A stretch of 64,000 bases of DNA from an uncultured Bacteroidota bacterium (GTDB taxonomy: Bacteria; Bacteroidota; Bacteroidia; Bacteroidales; GCA-2748055). The stretch spans positions 37,242 to 101,241 of the forward strand of contig CAVQMZ010000017.1 in assembly GCA_963713725.1 (NCBI GenBank), in the 5' to 3' direction. Numbering within the stretch: the stretch's first letter is position 1; each line of letters opens with the position of its first letter. The notes beneath the pieces are model-generated. The model saw only the letters and a list, made by a program, of their open reading frames with translations, was not told where the DNA came from and made no database searches. A program made the translations under genes and the position numbers. Of this stretch, positions 18,572 to 29,464 are shown piece after piece.

Positions 18572-20848
18572 ATGATATCTATTCACAAAGCAAACACCCG
18601 CCTGTCCCTTCAGCTCTCCTTCCTGCTCGCCTTTTTGCTGGTTTTTCAAGCCGGCCTTTCCAACCTCAATGCCCAGCGCAGCGTTATGGACCTGAACGGA
18701 TTTTGGGAATTCGACCGCACCGAAAAGGCCTTCCCCCCGAAAAAATTCACCCGGAATATCCCTGTGCCGGGCCTTATCCACCTGGCCCAACCGCGCATTG
18801 ACGATTATGATACCTGGTTTAAAAAACCCCTTGAGGTAGAGGCAAAGGAAACGCACAGTGTTTACGATATTGACTATACCCCCATGTACAGCTGGTACCG
18901 GAAAGAAGTCAGCATCCCTGCAGATTGGGAAGGAAGGGACTGTTTGATCCGGATTAAAAAGAGCCAGTACCTGACCCAGGTCTATGTAAACGGCATCGAT
19001 ATGGGGACTTCCATGGAATGCTATACCCCGGTGGAATTCCCGATAAGCCATGCTTTGAAACCCGGAGAGAAAAACGAAATACTCATCAGGGTAGGTGACC
19101 GCTTCTGGCTGCCACCCCAGGCAGCAGGTTCCACCGATAAGGAAAAGGAACATTACCTGCCGGGCATCTGGGACGATGTGGAACTCATTGCCTCGGGTAA
19201 GGTTCAGGTAAATAATGCCCTGCTGCTGCCCGACCTGGCCGGGAACTCGGTCCTCGTAAAAATCCGGCTGCGATCCTACTTTCCCCAGCAGCTGGGCTAT
19301 GGTGATCCCAAAACCGACAGTGTGGTGCTGAGGGTTCAGGTACGTGAAAAGCTCAGTGGGAAGCCGGCAGGGGAAGGAAAAATCCGTGTCGCTGCCCGTC
19401 GCGAACATTTCACCATCGCCGAAATGCAGATTCCCCTGCAAGACCCCCACCCCTGGAGCCCGGATGAACCCTTCCTGTATTCTGCAGAGATCACCGTGGA
19501 GATGGATGGACAAAAGGTGGATGAATACCAGGATCTCTTCGGCATGCGCGATTTTGAACGCAGGGGAAAGTATTTCTACCTCAACGGGGAAAAGATCCTT
19601 TTGCGCGGTACAAACATTACCCTGCAGCGTTTCTTCGAGGACCCCGATTGCGGGGACCTGGCCTGGGACCGGGAATGGGTGAAGAAGCTGATCATCGATG
19701 ATGCAAAAAAAGTAAACTGGAATGCCATGCGCATCTGTGTGGGCATAGTACCCGATTTCTGGTATGACCTGGCCGATGAATACGGGATTTTGTTTCAGAA
19801 CGAATGGAACTACTGGCAAACCCATGGCTGGGATGAGCAGGTACGTACCGAATATACAAACTGGATCTGGGCTGACGGCAACCATCCGAGCATTGTCATA
19901 TGGGATGCCATCAATGAAAACTGGGATGACTATATCGGGAACACCCTCATCCCCGAACTGAAGAAACTGGATCCAACACGCATCTGGGATGCAGGTTACA
20001 TGACAGCCGAACAGATGAAGGGGGGAATGGATGAGATGGATGAACCCCACCCTTACGAAGGGAGGGTACCCCGGGCGGAAAACCTGGATGAGGTGGAAAT
20101 GGATTACCCCATGGGCGACCTGGACTACCGTAATGATAAAAATATCGCCAGCATGGAATCCTCGGCCGCACAGCTGGTCAACGAATACGGCTGGGTGTGG
20201 CTCTGGCGCGATGGCCGGCCCTCCAAACTCACCACCACGGTCTACGACTACTATGTGGGTGTAAACAGCAGCCCGGCAGAAAACCGTGCATTCCAGGCCT
20301 ACTGGCTCCAGTGCGAAACCGAGTGGCTGAGGAGCATCCGGGCACATGCCGGTGTGCTGGCTTTCACCCACCTGACCAACAATTATGGGTATACGGGCGA
20401 CTGGTACATTGGCGATATTGCCGACCTGGAACCGGGCCCAACCCTCGGGTGGTTCCGCCATGCCTTTGCCCCCTCGGCCGTCTTTATAAACCACCCTGAT
20501 GAGCGCTATGTGAAGCACCAAAACCTTCATGAGCCGGGATCCCGCCTGCTCTTAACCCTGAAGGCCATCAATGACTTTGCACAGGCCGACCGGGGTTCGG
20601 TAAGCCTGAGCCTGCTTGACAGCGCGGGAAAGGTGGTCCTGGTGCAGGAACAGGATGTGGAAATCGCTCCCTACGGAGAAAAGAATCTGCCGGTGGTCCT
20701 TGATCTTCCGTCCGAAGCCGGTGGCTACCTTCTGCTCAGTGAATTCCACAGCAGCCTGAGCCCTGTAAAAAAGCAGCAAAGCCGCCGCTTCATCCGCATC
20801 GGAGATGCCGGCATGGACCGCAGTGCATTCAGTTTCCCCCACTATTAA
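18572..20848 (+). CDS. glycoside hydrolase family 2-like protein
   Basis: 758 aa with signal peptide. It has a GH2-type N-terminal sugar-binding region (LNGFWEFD...WYRKEV) and a TIM-barrel segment (NAMRICVG...FQNEWNYW). Confidence 0.7.
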   Translation: MISIHKANTRLSLQLSFLLAFLLVFQAGLSNLNAQRSVMDLNGFWEFDRTEKAFPPKKFTRNIPVPGLIHLAQPRIDDYDTWFKKPLEVEAKETHSVYDIDYTPMYSWYRKEVSIPADWEGRDCLIRIKKSQYLTQVYVNGIDMGTSMECYTPVEFPISHALKPGEKNEILIRVGDRFWLPPQAAGSTDKEKEHYLPGIWDDVELIASGKVQVNNALLLPDLAGNSVLVKIRLRSYFPQQLGYGDPKTDSVVLRVQVREKLSGKPAGEGKIRVAARREHFTIAEMQIPLQDPHPWSPDEPFLYSAEITVEMDGQKVDEYQDLFGMRDFERRGKYFYLNGEKILLRGTNITLQRFFEDPDCGDLAWDREWVKKLIIDDAKKVNWNAMRICVGIVPDFWYDLADEYGILFQNEWNYWQTHGWDEQVRTEYTNWIWADGNHPSIVIWDAINENWDDYIGNTLIPELKKLDPTRIWDAGYMTAEQMKGGMDEMDEPHPYEGRVPRAENLDEVEMDYPMGDLDYRNDKNIASMESSAAQLVNEYGWVWLWRDGRPSKLTTTVYDYYVGVNSSPAENRAFQAYWLQCETEWLRSIRAHAGVLAFTHLTNNYGYTGDWYIGDIADLEPGPTLGWFRHAFAPSAVFINHPDERYVKHQNLHEPGSRLLLTLKAINDFAQADRGSVSLSLLDSAGKVVLVQEQDVEIAPYGEKNLPVVLDLPSEAGGYLLLSEFHSSLSPVKKQQSRRFIRIGDAGMDRSAFSFPHY

Positions 20849-20864
20849 AAAACAAAACCCACAT

Positions 20865-22484
20865 ATGAAAAAATACCCCCTTCATCTTTTCGCCCTCGCG
20901 CTGATCTTCCTGGCTACAGCATGTAAAACCGAAATGGAAGCTCCTGTCAGGGCTCCCTTCACGGGCCTGGACACCATCTGTACCAACGACTGGTGGAACA
21001 GGGCTCCCAATCCCATCCATGATGTGAAGGTGGAGCGCGACCAGGTAGTCGCCTTTGGCATGTATACCGTTTCAAATTCAACCCTCAAACTCAGTGCGCA
21101 GCTTTATCCGCTTTATCCGGATGAAACGCGTGAAGTAAGGCTGGAGGTAAAAAAGGATGGCCGCTGGCAGAAAGTCGCCTCAGAAAAGGTGAATGATATC
21201 GGATGGTCGGCCCTCTTCCGCCTTGAAAACTGGGATAGCACGATTGATACACCATACCGGCTCAGGCATGGAAAAAAAGCCATGTATGAGGGACTGATCA
21301 GGAGGGACCCGGTGGACAAAGACGAAATTGTGCTGGCTGCATTCTCCTGCAGCAGCAACAAGGACAGGGGCGACCGTGAAATGTATGTGAAGAACATCGC
21401 TTACCTTGATCCGGACCTGATTTTCCTGGCGGGGGATCAATCCTACGACCACACAGAACACACTGCCGCCTGGCTTCTCTTCGGCTCCCAGTTCGGAGAG
21501 ATGTGGCGGGAAAGGCCCTGCATCTCCATCCCGGATGACCATGACATCGGCCAGGGGAACCTCTGGGGCGAGGGCGGTAAAATTTCCCATACCAGGGGAT
21601 GTGATGACGGAGGCTATAAGTACCATCATGAGTATGTAAAAATGGTGGAGCGCTGCCAGACTGCCAACCTGCCCGATCCCTACGACCCCACTCCCATTGA
21701 ACAGGGCATCGGGGTTTATTATACCAACCTGGTGTTGGGTGAGGTGGACTTTGCCATCATCGAGGACCGTAAATTTAAGTCGGGACCCAATGGGAAAATT
21801 CCCCAGCAGGGTCCCCGGCCCGACCACATCTATGATCCCAACTATGACCCGGCCTCCATTGATTTACCCGGACTGGTTCTGCTGGGGGAAAGGCAGCTCG
21901 ATTTCCTGGACCAGTGGGCCGAATGGAGCGAGGGGGTGAAAATGAAAGCCGTGCTTTCCCAGACCGGATTTTGCGGAGGGGCTCACCTGCATGGCAGTAT
22001 GGATAACCGGCTGCATGCCGACCTGGACTCCAATGGCTGGCCTCAGACCGGAAGGAACAAAGCCCTGAAAGCAATCCGCAAGGCCGGCGCCGTTCATATT
22101 GGAGGAGATCAGCACCTACCCACCGTGATACAGCACGGGATTGATGAATTCCGCGACGGGCCCTGGGCCTTCATCGTACCTGCCTCGGTGAATACTTATT
22201 ACAAAAGGTGGTGGTGGCCGGAAGATGAACAGCCTGGCGGTAACCATGATCCGGACAGCCCCCTGCCCTGGACCGGTGATTTCCTGGACGGACTGGGAAA
22301 TAAAATCACCATGTATGCCTATGCCAATCCTGAAAGTCCCTCGGGTGCCGGAGGATTCGGCCTGATCCGCTTCCATAAATCCTCCGAAGAAGTTACTTTT
22401 GAGTGCTGGCCCCGCGATGTATATGTCCCCGCCAAGGGAGCCAAACAATTTAGCGGGTGGCCAGTTACCATAAAAATGGATTGA
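20865..22484 (+). CDS. PhoD-like/calcineurin-like metallophosphatase family lipoprotein (putative)
   Basis: ORF 20805-22484; the likely start is MKKYPLHLFALALIFLATAC at 20865. It carries metallophosphoesterase-type motifs FLAGDQSYD, PDDHDIG and GGDQH. Confidence 0.5.
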   Translation: MKKYPLHLFALALIFLATACKTEMEAPVRAPFTGLDTICTNDWWNRAPNPIHDVKVERDQVVAFGMYTVSNSTLKLSAQLYPLYPDETREVRLEVKKDGRWQKVASEKVNDIGWSALFRLENWDSTIDTPYRLRHGKKAMYEGLIRRDPVDKDEIVLAAFSCSSNKDRGDREMYVKNIAYLDPDLIFLAGDQSYDHTEHTAAWLLFGSQFGEMWRERPCISIPDDHDIGQGNLWGEGGKISHTRGCDDGGYKYHHEYVKMVERCQTANLPDPYDPTPIEQGIGVYYTNLVLGEVDFAIIEDRKFKSGPNGKIPQQGPRPDHIYDPNYDPASIDLPGLVLLGERQLDFLDQWAEWSEGVKMKAVLSQTGFCGGAHLHGSMDNRLHADLDSNGWPQTGRNKALKAIRKAGAVHIGGDQHLPTVIQHGIDEFRDGPWAFIVPASVNTYYKRWWWPEDEQPGGNHDPDSPLPWTGDFLDGLGNKITMYAYANPESPSGAGGFGLIRFHKSSEEVTFECWPRDVYVPAKGAKQFSGWPVTIKMD

Positions 22485-22488
22485 AGAA

Positions 22489-22509
22489 CCTCGGAGCAGA
22501 GCTCTGAGG
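22489..22509 (+). terminator. possible stem-loop after 20865-22484
   Basis: CCTCGGAGC-AGA-GCTCTGAGG forms a 9-bp stem with one G.T pair. There is no U-tract, so support is weak. Confidence 0.25.
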
Positions 22510-22537
22510 AATCTTCGATTCAAATATTATTTTAAAG

Positions 22538-23290
22538 GTGGTCGCATTTCTTAAATCATTCCTGAAGCCAAAATTTCTTTTAACTGCTTTAATTCTGCTG
22601 TCAGGTATACTGCCAGTAATTGCACAGGAAGAGAAGGAATACAATAATCAGGTCTGGCTGGATCTAAATCCACGGTGGGTCACCAATTCGGGGAAAATCA
22701 TTCTCGCCGGCAGCCTGGCCTACAGGACCATCTTCCCCCAGGATTGGAATCGATATATTGTTAGTCTGGGAGTCAGATACAGTCCATTCATCTATCGCCC
22801 CGAGGCCAGTATTGCCCTGCAGTCTCTGCAGTTTCGTGCCGGAATAGCAGATTATTATACTTCTTCCATCGTGAATAAGAACCTGAATGAGATCAGGCTC
22901 TACCAGGGGGTGCGGGTGAAATGGCCTACCTTTCCAAGGATACACATGAGTCATTATGCACGTGCGGAAGAAAGGATTGAAAAAGTTCAGGACTCAGAAA
23001 CACGTGACTTCACCATGCGTTTCAGATACCGCCTTACTACCGAATTCCACTTTATCAAGCCCGCATTGACCGATCTTTACCTCCCCTTCTCGGTGGAACT
23101 ATTTATAAGTGGCGGCGAAGGTCTGTATTTTAATGATGTGACCCGGATTACCCCTGGAATCGGCTATGACTTTACCGACCAGTTTTCCACGGAGTTCCAG
23201 GTATCCTACCACCTCAGCCGTAATTCCAATACCGATTCCTTCGAAAACAACGACCTGGTATTCCGTTTGCGGGTCTACTTTACTTTCTGA
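22538..23290 (+). CDS. hypothetical outer-membrane beta-barrel-like protein (possibly DUF2490)
   Basis: 250 aa with GTG start, signal peptide, alternating aromatic-rich strands and a terminal F. Confidence 0.4.
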   Translation: MVAFLKSFLKPKFLLTALILLSGILPVIAQEEKEYNNQVWLDLNPRWVTNSGKIILAGSLAYRTIFPQDWNRYIVSLGVRYSPFIYRPEASIALQSLQFRAGIADYYTSSIVNKNLNEIRLYQGVRVKWPTFPRIHMSHYARAEERIEKVQDSETRDFTMRFRYRLTTEFHFIKPALTDLYLPFSVELFISGGEGLYFNDVTRITPGIGYDFTDQFSTEFQVSYHLSRNSNTDSFENNDLVFRLRVYFTF

Positions 23291-24780
23291 TCAAAAAGCT
23301 GTCCCACAAACTTATTCTTCTTCTTAATCACCCCTGTTTTCCAGGGCGGGGTAAGACATTCCGGACACCAGTGTCCACCCTTCAGCACGGCATGGGCTGT
23401 CATCTCAAAAGAGTGCCCCAGACAACAGGACCAGGCCAATTTCAAGTGCATATCCCCGTTCCAGTCAGCATCCTTCAGCTCTCCACCTCTGAAGGCAGCT
23501 GCCTGCAAAAGGTCTTCAGTATCCAATTTCTCCTTTGACTCGTCATAGCCGTGGTCAAGCCTTTTATGCGGGAGTTGATGATCCATGGCTGGCATGTCTC
23601 TGTCCCATCCGGGAATGGCGTTGAAGGCCTCTTCCGAACCATAAAAGGCCTTGATTTTTTCCTGATCTCCATCCCTGATCCATCGCAGGGTCCCTTCGGG
23701 CTCCAGGGTTATCTTTTCCATCTTCTTACGGGTGAGCTTTTCGATCAGATTTCGATATGGTGGAAAGATCCTGCATATCAGGAAGGTCATTTTCAAATAC
23801 CAGGGCAGATTTGTCATTACAAGCCTGAAGTAGTCCTCCATACTCTGTCCACCCTCCCAGTGCTTTAGAAAAGTGTTAAGGCGTCCGGCATCCTCATAGA
23901 ACATCATGTGAAAATTCTTCAGGGCATACCAGTTGCGATCCTCGATCTGTTCAATCCGAAGTCCCATTCTGGCATTCAGCTCCCGGGAAAACTCATAATT
24001 TATAATCCGGCAGCCAGGTCCGCCAGATATGTTATAGTAAGAGCCCCAGAAGGCAGAATCATCCTGCTGGTCAAGACAGGCCACCATCAATCGGCCTGCA
24101 TCCCTGACATTAATACACTCCATGTAGGAGTTAAGAGGCTGATGGTACATGATGGGATCCTGCAAGGAAAATATATCCGGGATCATGATGAAGGTTTGTC
24201 GCAGGGATACCCTGTGCTTGATTCGTGACTGCATAACAGCCAGTTCAGCCTTGATTTTTGAGAGTGCATAGTGATCAAATTCACTGGGTAGAACCGGATC
24301 TCCGGTCCTTCCCACATGAAAGGGAGGTAGCCTGTCGCCATACTCGGCCACCGTTCCGATATAGATCATTTTGATGTGCTCCGGATCCTGTGCTTCTATG
24401 GCCTCCACAATGGCAAGGGTGGCATGGAAATTTACCCTTTCTGCCATCTCCGGATCCCGGTCGGCGGCAGGTGAGATCAGGGCCATCACATGCAAGCACC
24501 AGTCGATCCCCTGGCAGGCTTCAATCACATCCGACCTGTTTAATGCATCTCCCCATACGATTTTTAATCCGTCGCCCGAAACCGTTCCTGAACCCGCTAT
24601 GGATTTAATTCCGGCAGCCTTCTCATAGGCTTTGAACATCTTCTTTTCTGCTGCTGTGGGTCGAATAAGCAATACGATTTCGTAGCGCTCCCGTCTGTTC
24701 CAAAGCTGCTTAAAAGTCTCAAATCCCATGGACCCGGAAGCTCCGGTAAGGAATATCCTTTCTCTTTTCTTCACTCCCAT
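23275..24780 (-). CDS. NAD-dependent epimerase/dehydratase (SDR) family protein with long C-terminal extension
   Basis: 501 aa with the IFLTGASGSMGFE Rossmann motif. The C-terminus contains CC...H and CPEC residues (possible zinc ribbon). Confidence 0.75.
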   Translation of the reverse strand: MGVKKRERIFLTGASGSMGFETFKQLWNRRERYEIVLLIRPTAAEKKMFKAYEKAAGIKSIAGSGTVSGDGLKIVWGDALNRSDVIEACQGIDWCLHVMALISPAADRDPEMAERVNFHATLAIVEAIEAQDPEHIKMIYIGTVAEYGDRLPPFHVGRTGDPVLPSEFDHYALSKIKAELAVMQSRIKHRVSLRQTFIMIPDIFSLQDPIMYHQPLNSYMECINVRDAGRLMVACLDQQDDSAFWGSYYNISGGPGCRIINYEFSRELNARMGLRIEQIEDRNWYALKNFHMMFYEDAGRLNTFLKHWEGGQSMEDYFRLVMTNLPWYLKMTFLICRIFPPYRNLIEKLTRKKMEKITLEPEGTLRWIRDGDQEKIKAFYGSEEAFNAIPGWDRDMPAMDHQLPHKRLDHGYDESKEKLDTEDLLQAAAFRGGELKDADWNGDMHLKLAWSCCLGHSFEMTAHAVLKGGHWCPECLTPPWKTGVIKKKNKFVGQLFDQKVK

Positions 24781-24816
24781 TTTTATTTATTTCGTTTGCG
24801 CCAGAAATGTTCCTTT

Positions 24817-25404
24817 CTACTTCAGGCCCAGCTCTTTTCCCTGCTCCAGCAGACTGATGGATTCATCCACCCGTTTTTGAATGGTCTCCGGCCTTTTTGC
24901 CATATTGATCCAGATATTAAATTGCCTCCTGCTGGCTTCCTTCATTCCGAAATAATAATCACGGGCCAAAGGATTAGACTGGAGGGCGTGAAGAAGGGCC
25001 CCGGGCAGCGTCTCATCTACCTCGGGTGATTTTATCCCCTTGTCCCACATACCATTTTTTTTCGCCACCCGGATACATTCCATTCCCGGCTCCTGCATGC
25101 GGCCTTCCCTGATCAGAACTTCGACCTTTCTTTTATTGGTTTCCGACCAGGTACTTGTGGGCTTCCGTGGAGTAAACTTCCGCATATATTCCTGATCATC
25201 GATTGACTTTAAAAGGCTGTCAACCCAGCCATAACAGAGGGCCACATCCAGGGCCATATGGTAATCGAAGGGAACAGGGCCCTTTCCTTTTTTTTTGAAT
25301 ACAAGCCAGACCAACTTTTGGTCCTGATGATGTTCCCTGAGCCAGTCGATCCATGCTTCGATACGATCGAGCCTCAACTCTTGGGATCTGTCAGTATTAT
25401 TCAT
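24817..25404 (-). CDS. YdeI/OmpD-associated family protein
   Basis: 195 aa. The pattern WLREHH...VWLVFKKKGKG...CYGWVDS...FTPRKPTSTWS is typical of the YdeI (bacteriocin-protection) family. Confidence 0.65.
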   Translation of the reverse strand: MNNTDRSQELRLDRIEAWIDWLREHHQDQKLVWLVFKKKGKGPVPFDYHMALDVALCYGWVDSLLKSIDDQEYMRKFTPRKPTSTWSETNKRKVEVLIREGRMQEPGMECIRVAKKNGMWDKGIKSPEVDETLPGALLHALQSNPLARDYYFGMKEASRRQFNIWINMAKRPETIQKRVDESISLLEQGKELGLK

Positions 25405-28400
25405 TTCTTAATCCTTCATAAATATGAGGATTTTTGAGCGAAATTGTAGTAAGTATATGAATCCAGAACCAGCCGTTTGCCACAAGAATGACCAGCCAGA
25501 TAAGGATGGTGGAAAATGAAGTACCGCTATGTGAACTGAGAATGGAAGGAAGTGTGGCAATAATAGCAGTCCCGAATCCTGCAAATATTCCCCAGCTAAG
25601 GAGGATGAAATACTCTCGACTTAAAAGCCTCCTAATCTCCTTTGCACTGTAGCCCACGGCCTTCAGCAGTGCAATCTCCTGCCTTCTTTCAAGGATACTC
25701 CTGGAAAGGACCACTACCAGCCCGAAAGTACCCAGCAGGAGACCAAGGGCACCCAGTACCATGAATATGGAAAGATAAGCATTGGTCACTGAATTAAACT
25801 CTGCCAGACGCTGTGAGCAGAGTTGCATGTCCCAGCCCAGATCTCGCATTCCCCTTGTTAGTTCTGCAGCTTATCTGTGCCGTATCTGCCAGGGCCCCTT
25901 CCACCAGGAAAACATGGGTTCCACTGCTCTCGGGGTATTGCTTTAAGAAAATTTTCATCCGAAATAAGCACACTGCCCTGGAAGACCGAAGGGGCCATAC
26001 CTCCCACAAGCAGCAGCTCCATGCTGCCCCCCGTGGAGTTTGTATAACGAAGGGTATCACCCACACTCAAACCCAGGCCGTATTTAATCACCGTTTCATC
26101 TGCAATGGCCGGAATTAAGTCCGCCCGGCAGTTCCTGCTGAAGGGAGCTCCAGGGATCCTCCTCATCAAGGAAGGGGGTACGTGGTCACAAAGGAAAAGC
26201 GGCCCTTCAGTGCAGCCGGATCAAGGCCAAGCACCCTGGGTGTCACTATCCTGTTGAGATTAAGACAGCTGGCATCATCCCCATCGGCCAGGCGCATTTG
26301 CACAAAGGAAAGCTCCCCCTCAATGCCATATTCATATTTTACCGCCGGATCATTCAGCATCCGGAGCACTGGCATGGTGGAGCGGGCATAATAGAGAAAA
26401 CCGCCCGTACCACTGGAAGGATCGGCGGAGGAGGCAAACAGGTCCTTCCGGTTGCTGCCCGTGGAGATAACCAGGAAGGCCCCGATGGCAAAAAGGAAAA
26501 CGATGCTCATGCTCCGGCTTCGGTTGCGGCTTGCATTTTTCCAGCTCAGCATGGCAAAGGAGAAGCCCGAGCTTACTGGCCTGCTCTCTTTTTCCCATGA
26601 ACCATAAGAAGAAAGCGATCGCTGAGATCAACAGTAAGCCCCCTGCAGGGAAAAAGAGGCTGGAATTTAAGCCGTTCTGACCGGCAAACTGGGAGGCCAT
26701 CAGTGCCAGGGCCACAAGGGCTGATCCAAGCGCAATCAAAAGGGCCGGCCTGCCCGGATGTTTTCTCCGGGAACTCCGCCCCAGGGACCTCTGCCCTGCT
26801 CTTTCTTCCTTTCTGACAGGCTTTATATGTGCACGCACAAGTCTTGCCAGCTTATTCTTCAGGGGAAACCAGAAGGACAAAAAGGCTATGATCATGCTGA
26901 TGGCAAAGCCCGTAAGCAGGGTTGAAAGAGATACATCCACATGCATCATTTCGGTGCGTACAACATCCTTCCAGATACCATTCAGGGCCACAAATACCAG
27001 GCGGTTGTATAATACAGCAAGCACCAGGCCAAGCAGAGATCCTGCCAGGGCCACAAGCATGCTTTCCAAAAACATCATCCGACGGATGAGCTTCTGTGGA
27101 ATGCCCAGGCTTACCAGGGTAAGAAACTGTGCTTCACGGCTTTCAATACTCAAGAGAAAGAGGAGTATGGCCAGTATGATCCCGGCCACCAGCAGGAAAA
27201 AACTGAGTCCGGCAAAAAGTTCGCTGAAATCGACACCTTCACCTGCTGCCTTCTCCCCCTTGGCCCGGGTAGCCTCCAGGGTAAAACCCAGCATGGCGGG
27301 ATCAATGGCATCTGCCACGGGAGCCTCCAGCAGGGCCTGGCTGAATTCGCCTGCAACATCGTAGCGAATCGAAGTAAACATCCCGAAACGGTTATTCCAG
27401 ATCTCTGAGGCACGATCGATAGAAATCCAGGCCTTGGGCAGTCCCCCGTATTCATCCCAGTAATCTTCATCCTTATCCCTGATGCTTCCCAGTTCGATGG
27501 GCACACCCGTATCCCAGTCCCTGCAGTTACCGGCATCGGACAAACCGGGGAGATCAGGCATCAGGCTGGCATCGGCATACCTTCCCTCCATGGGGACGAT
27601 TGCTTTCACCTCAAAGCCAAATGAAACCTCTTCCAATTCCCTCAGGGGCCCCACTTCAAACCAGCTCAGCCGTATAATATCTCCGGGAGAAGCTTGCAGG
27701 TCCTCTGCCAGCCAGCGAGAGATGATCATTTCATTCCTGCCCAGTTGATCGGCAGGCAGGGTGGATACAAAGGAATAGGGAGTAATTCGTTCACCCAGCT
27801 GAAATTTATTCACGAAATAGGTGATGATCCCCTCTGACTCTCCCATATCTAAAAGCGGCCCGGACAGGTTTTCATCAATGAATACCCTGTCGCTGGTCAC
27901 CTGGACTTTCCGGGTCCCCTCCAGCATTTTAACCTTCAGGCCTGCATCTTCAACAGAAAAATGCCCGCTTACCACCCTGGAGATTTCTTCGGAACTGCGA
28001 TTGGACTCATCGGCCACAAGCATCACATTCACCCTTCCCTGAAAATCCATCAGGTCCTGCAGGACCTCCAGCGACAGGAAAACATTGTAAGGGGCTGTCT
28101 GACTTACCTCCAGGTTGAAGCGGCCCATGTGCTCCTCATCCACCACGTCCCTGATCAGGGCCCTGAAGCTTACATTCGCTTCCGCATCTGACACGAAGGG
28201 AGCATTCAGCGGGATCAGGCTGGCTTTTTCAATCCTGAGCAGAAGCTCATCTCCCACGCTTTTATTGAGCCGGTTTGCCAGGTTCCTGCTGATGATAATG
28301 GTATCGCCCGAAAGCCCTTCAAAAAAATCTTCCTGGCCTGCAAGCTGATCAAAGTTTTTGTCCACCCCCAGCACCTGCACATTATTCACCCTCAGCTGTC

Positions 28401-28695
28401 CACCATCCCCTATGGCAGTCCCCCGCTGAACCAGCAGAGAAGAAACCGGCACCTCTAATTCCCTGGAAACATTCACTCCAAGCTCTGAGGTAAAATAACG
28501 GTCGCCCGCTTTTAAGACGTGACTCACATCTCCCAGGCGTTGCTCTACGATGCGCTTAAGGCTGTATTGAACCGAGTCGCCCACAAGCAGGGCACCGGTG
28601 ATGACCGCAGCACTGATGGCAACACCCAGGGCCAGAAGCAGGTTCTTCTTCCAGTAGTAGATTAGATTTGATCTGATTAATCGCCGGAGGTTCAT
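25397..28695 (-). pseudogene. FtsX/MacB-type ABC transporter permease (two FtsX domains), at least 4 frame changes (or indel errors)
   Basis: Fragments 26350-28695, 26166-26552, 25858-26169, 25794-26066 and 25397-25849 read consecutively as one permease. For example, the junction ...ASKLG/FSFAMLSWKNASRNRSRS is restored by removing one G from a GGG run near 26560. Confidence 0.8.
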
Positions 28696-28724
28696 GGATT
28701 TCTTTTGTCTTTATCAGGTTTCCA

Positions 28725-29402
28725 TCAGGTTTCCACCAGCTTTCCGTCGGTAATTTCAAGCACCCTTCCCATCTGTGCTGCCAGGGAAGTTGAATGCGTC
28801 ACCACCAGCAGGCTCAGCTCGTCCTCACGGTTCAGCTCGAGCAATAAATCGGCCATGGTCTCCACATTACCCCTGTCCAGTGCTCCCGTGGGCTCATCGG
28901 CCAGTAATAGGGAGGGCGCATTAATCATGGCTCTTACCACGGCAGCCCTCTGACATTCACCTCCTGAAAGCTTACCCGGCAGCCTGTCCCTGTACTCCCA
29001 GATGCCCACCCTTGTCATCAGGTCCTTTGCACGTTCGAAATTTTCATCCTTCCCCGTGGGGCTCACAAGGGTTGGGATCAATACATTCTCAAGTATGGTA
29101 CATTGCGGCAGCAGGTGATGGAACTGAAAAACGAAACCAATATTTTGATTTCGGTAAACATCCATCTCACCCGCTGAAAAGCCCTTCAGCTCCCGACCCT
29201 TAAAAAGCAGCTTACCGGAATCAGGATGGTCCAGTCCACCGATCAAATTCAACAGGGTGGTCTTGCCTGACCCGGAAGGACCCAGGATGGCAACCTTTTC
29301 ACCTTCCTGCATTTCCAGGGAGACTCCGTCAAGCACAAGGCGCCTGGCTTTATCGCCTGGCTCCCCGTAGCCCTTTGTAACATCTTTCAGACTCAGCAAC
29401 AT
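28725..29402 (-). CDS. ABC transporter ATP-binding protein (LolD/MacB-type)
   Basis: 225 aa with Walker A GPSGSGKTT, signature LSGGECQR and Walker B LLLADEPTG. Confidence 0.9.
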   Translation of the reverse strand: MLLSLKDVTKGYGEPGDKARRLVLDGVSLEMQEGEKVAILGPSGSGKTTLLNLIGGLDHPDSGKLLFKGRELKGFSAGEMDVYRNQNIGFVFQFHHLLPQCTILENVLIPTLVSPTGKDENFERAKDLMTRVGIWEYRDRLPGKLSGGECQRAAVVRAMINAPSLLLADEPTGALDRGNVETMADLLLELNREDELSLLVVTHSTSLAAQMGRVLEITDGKLVET

Positions 29403-29464
29403 ATCTCTCTCTTTTGACTTTATGGATTTTACAGACTTTACTCAGCTTCGCTTTCGACTTATGG
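29403..29464 (-). repeat. TAAAGTC-type octamer repeat spacer
   Basis: In gene sense: TAA-CCATAAGTCGAAAGCGAAGCTGAGTAAAGTCTGTAAAATCCATAAAGTCAAAAGAGAGAGAT-ATG. It fills the whole intergenic gap. Confidence 0.8.

Noticed and set aside
18527-20530. A 667-aa ORF on the minus strand, the second-longest ORF in this part of the window
   Set aside because: It lies entirely antisense to the GH2-like gene 18572-20848, which has a signal peptide and recognisable GH2 motifs. Its own translation is low-complexity (G/P/V/H-rich) with no recognisable domain or plausible N-terminus. It is a shadow ORF produced by the codon bias of the sense gene.
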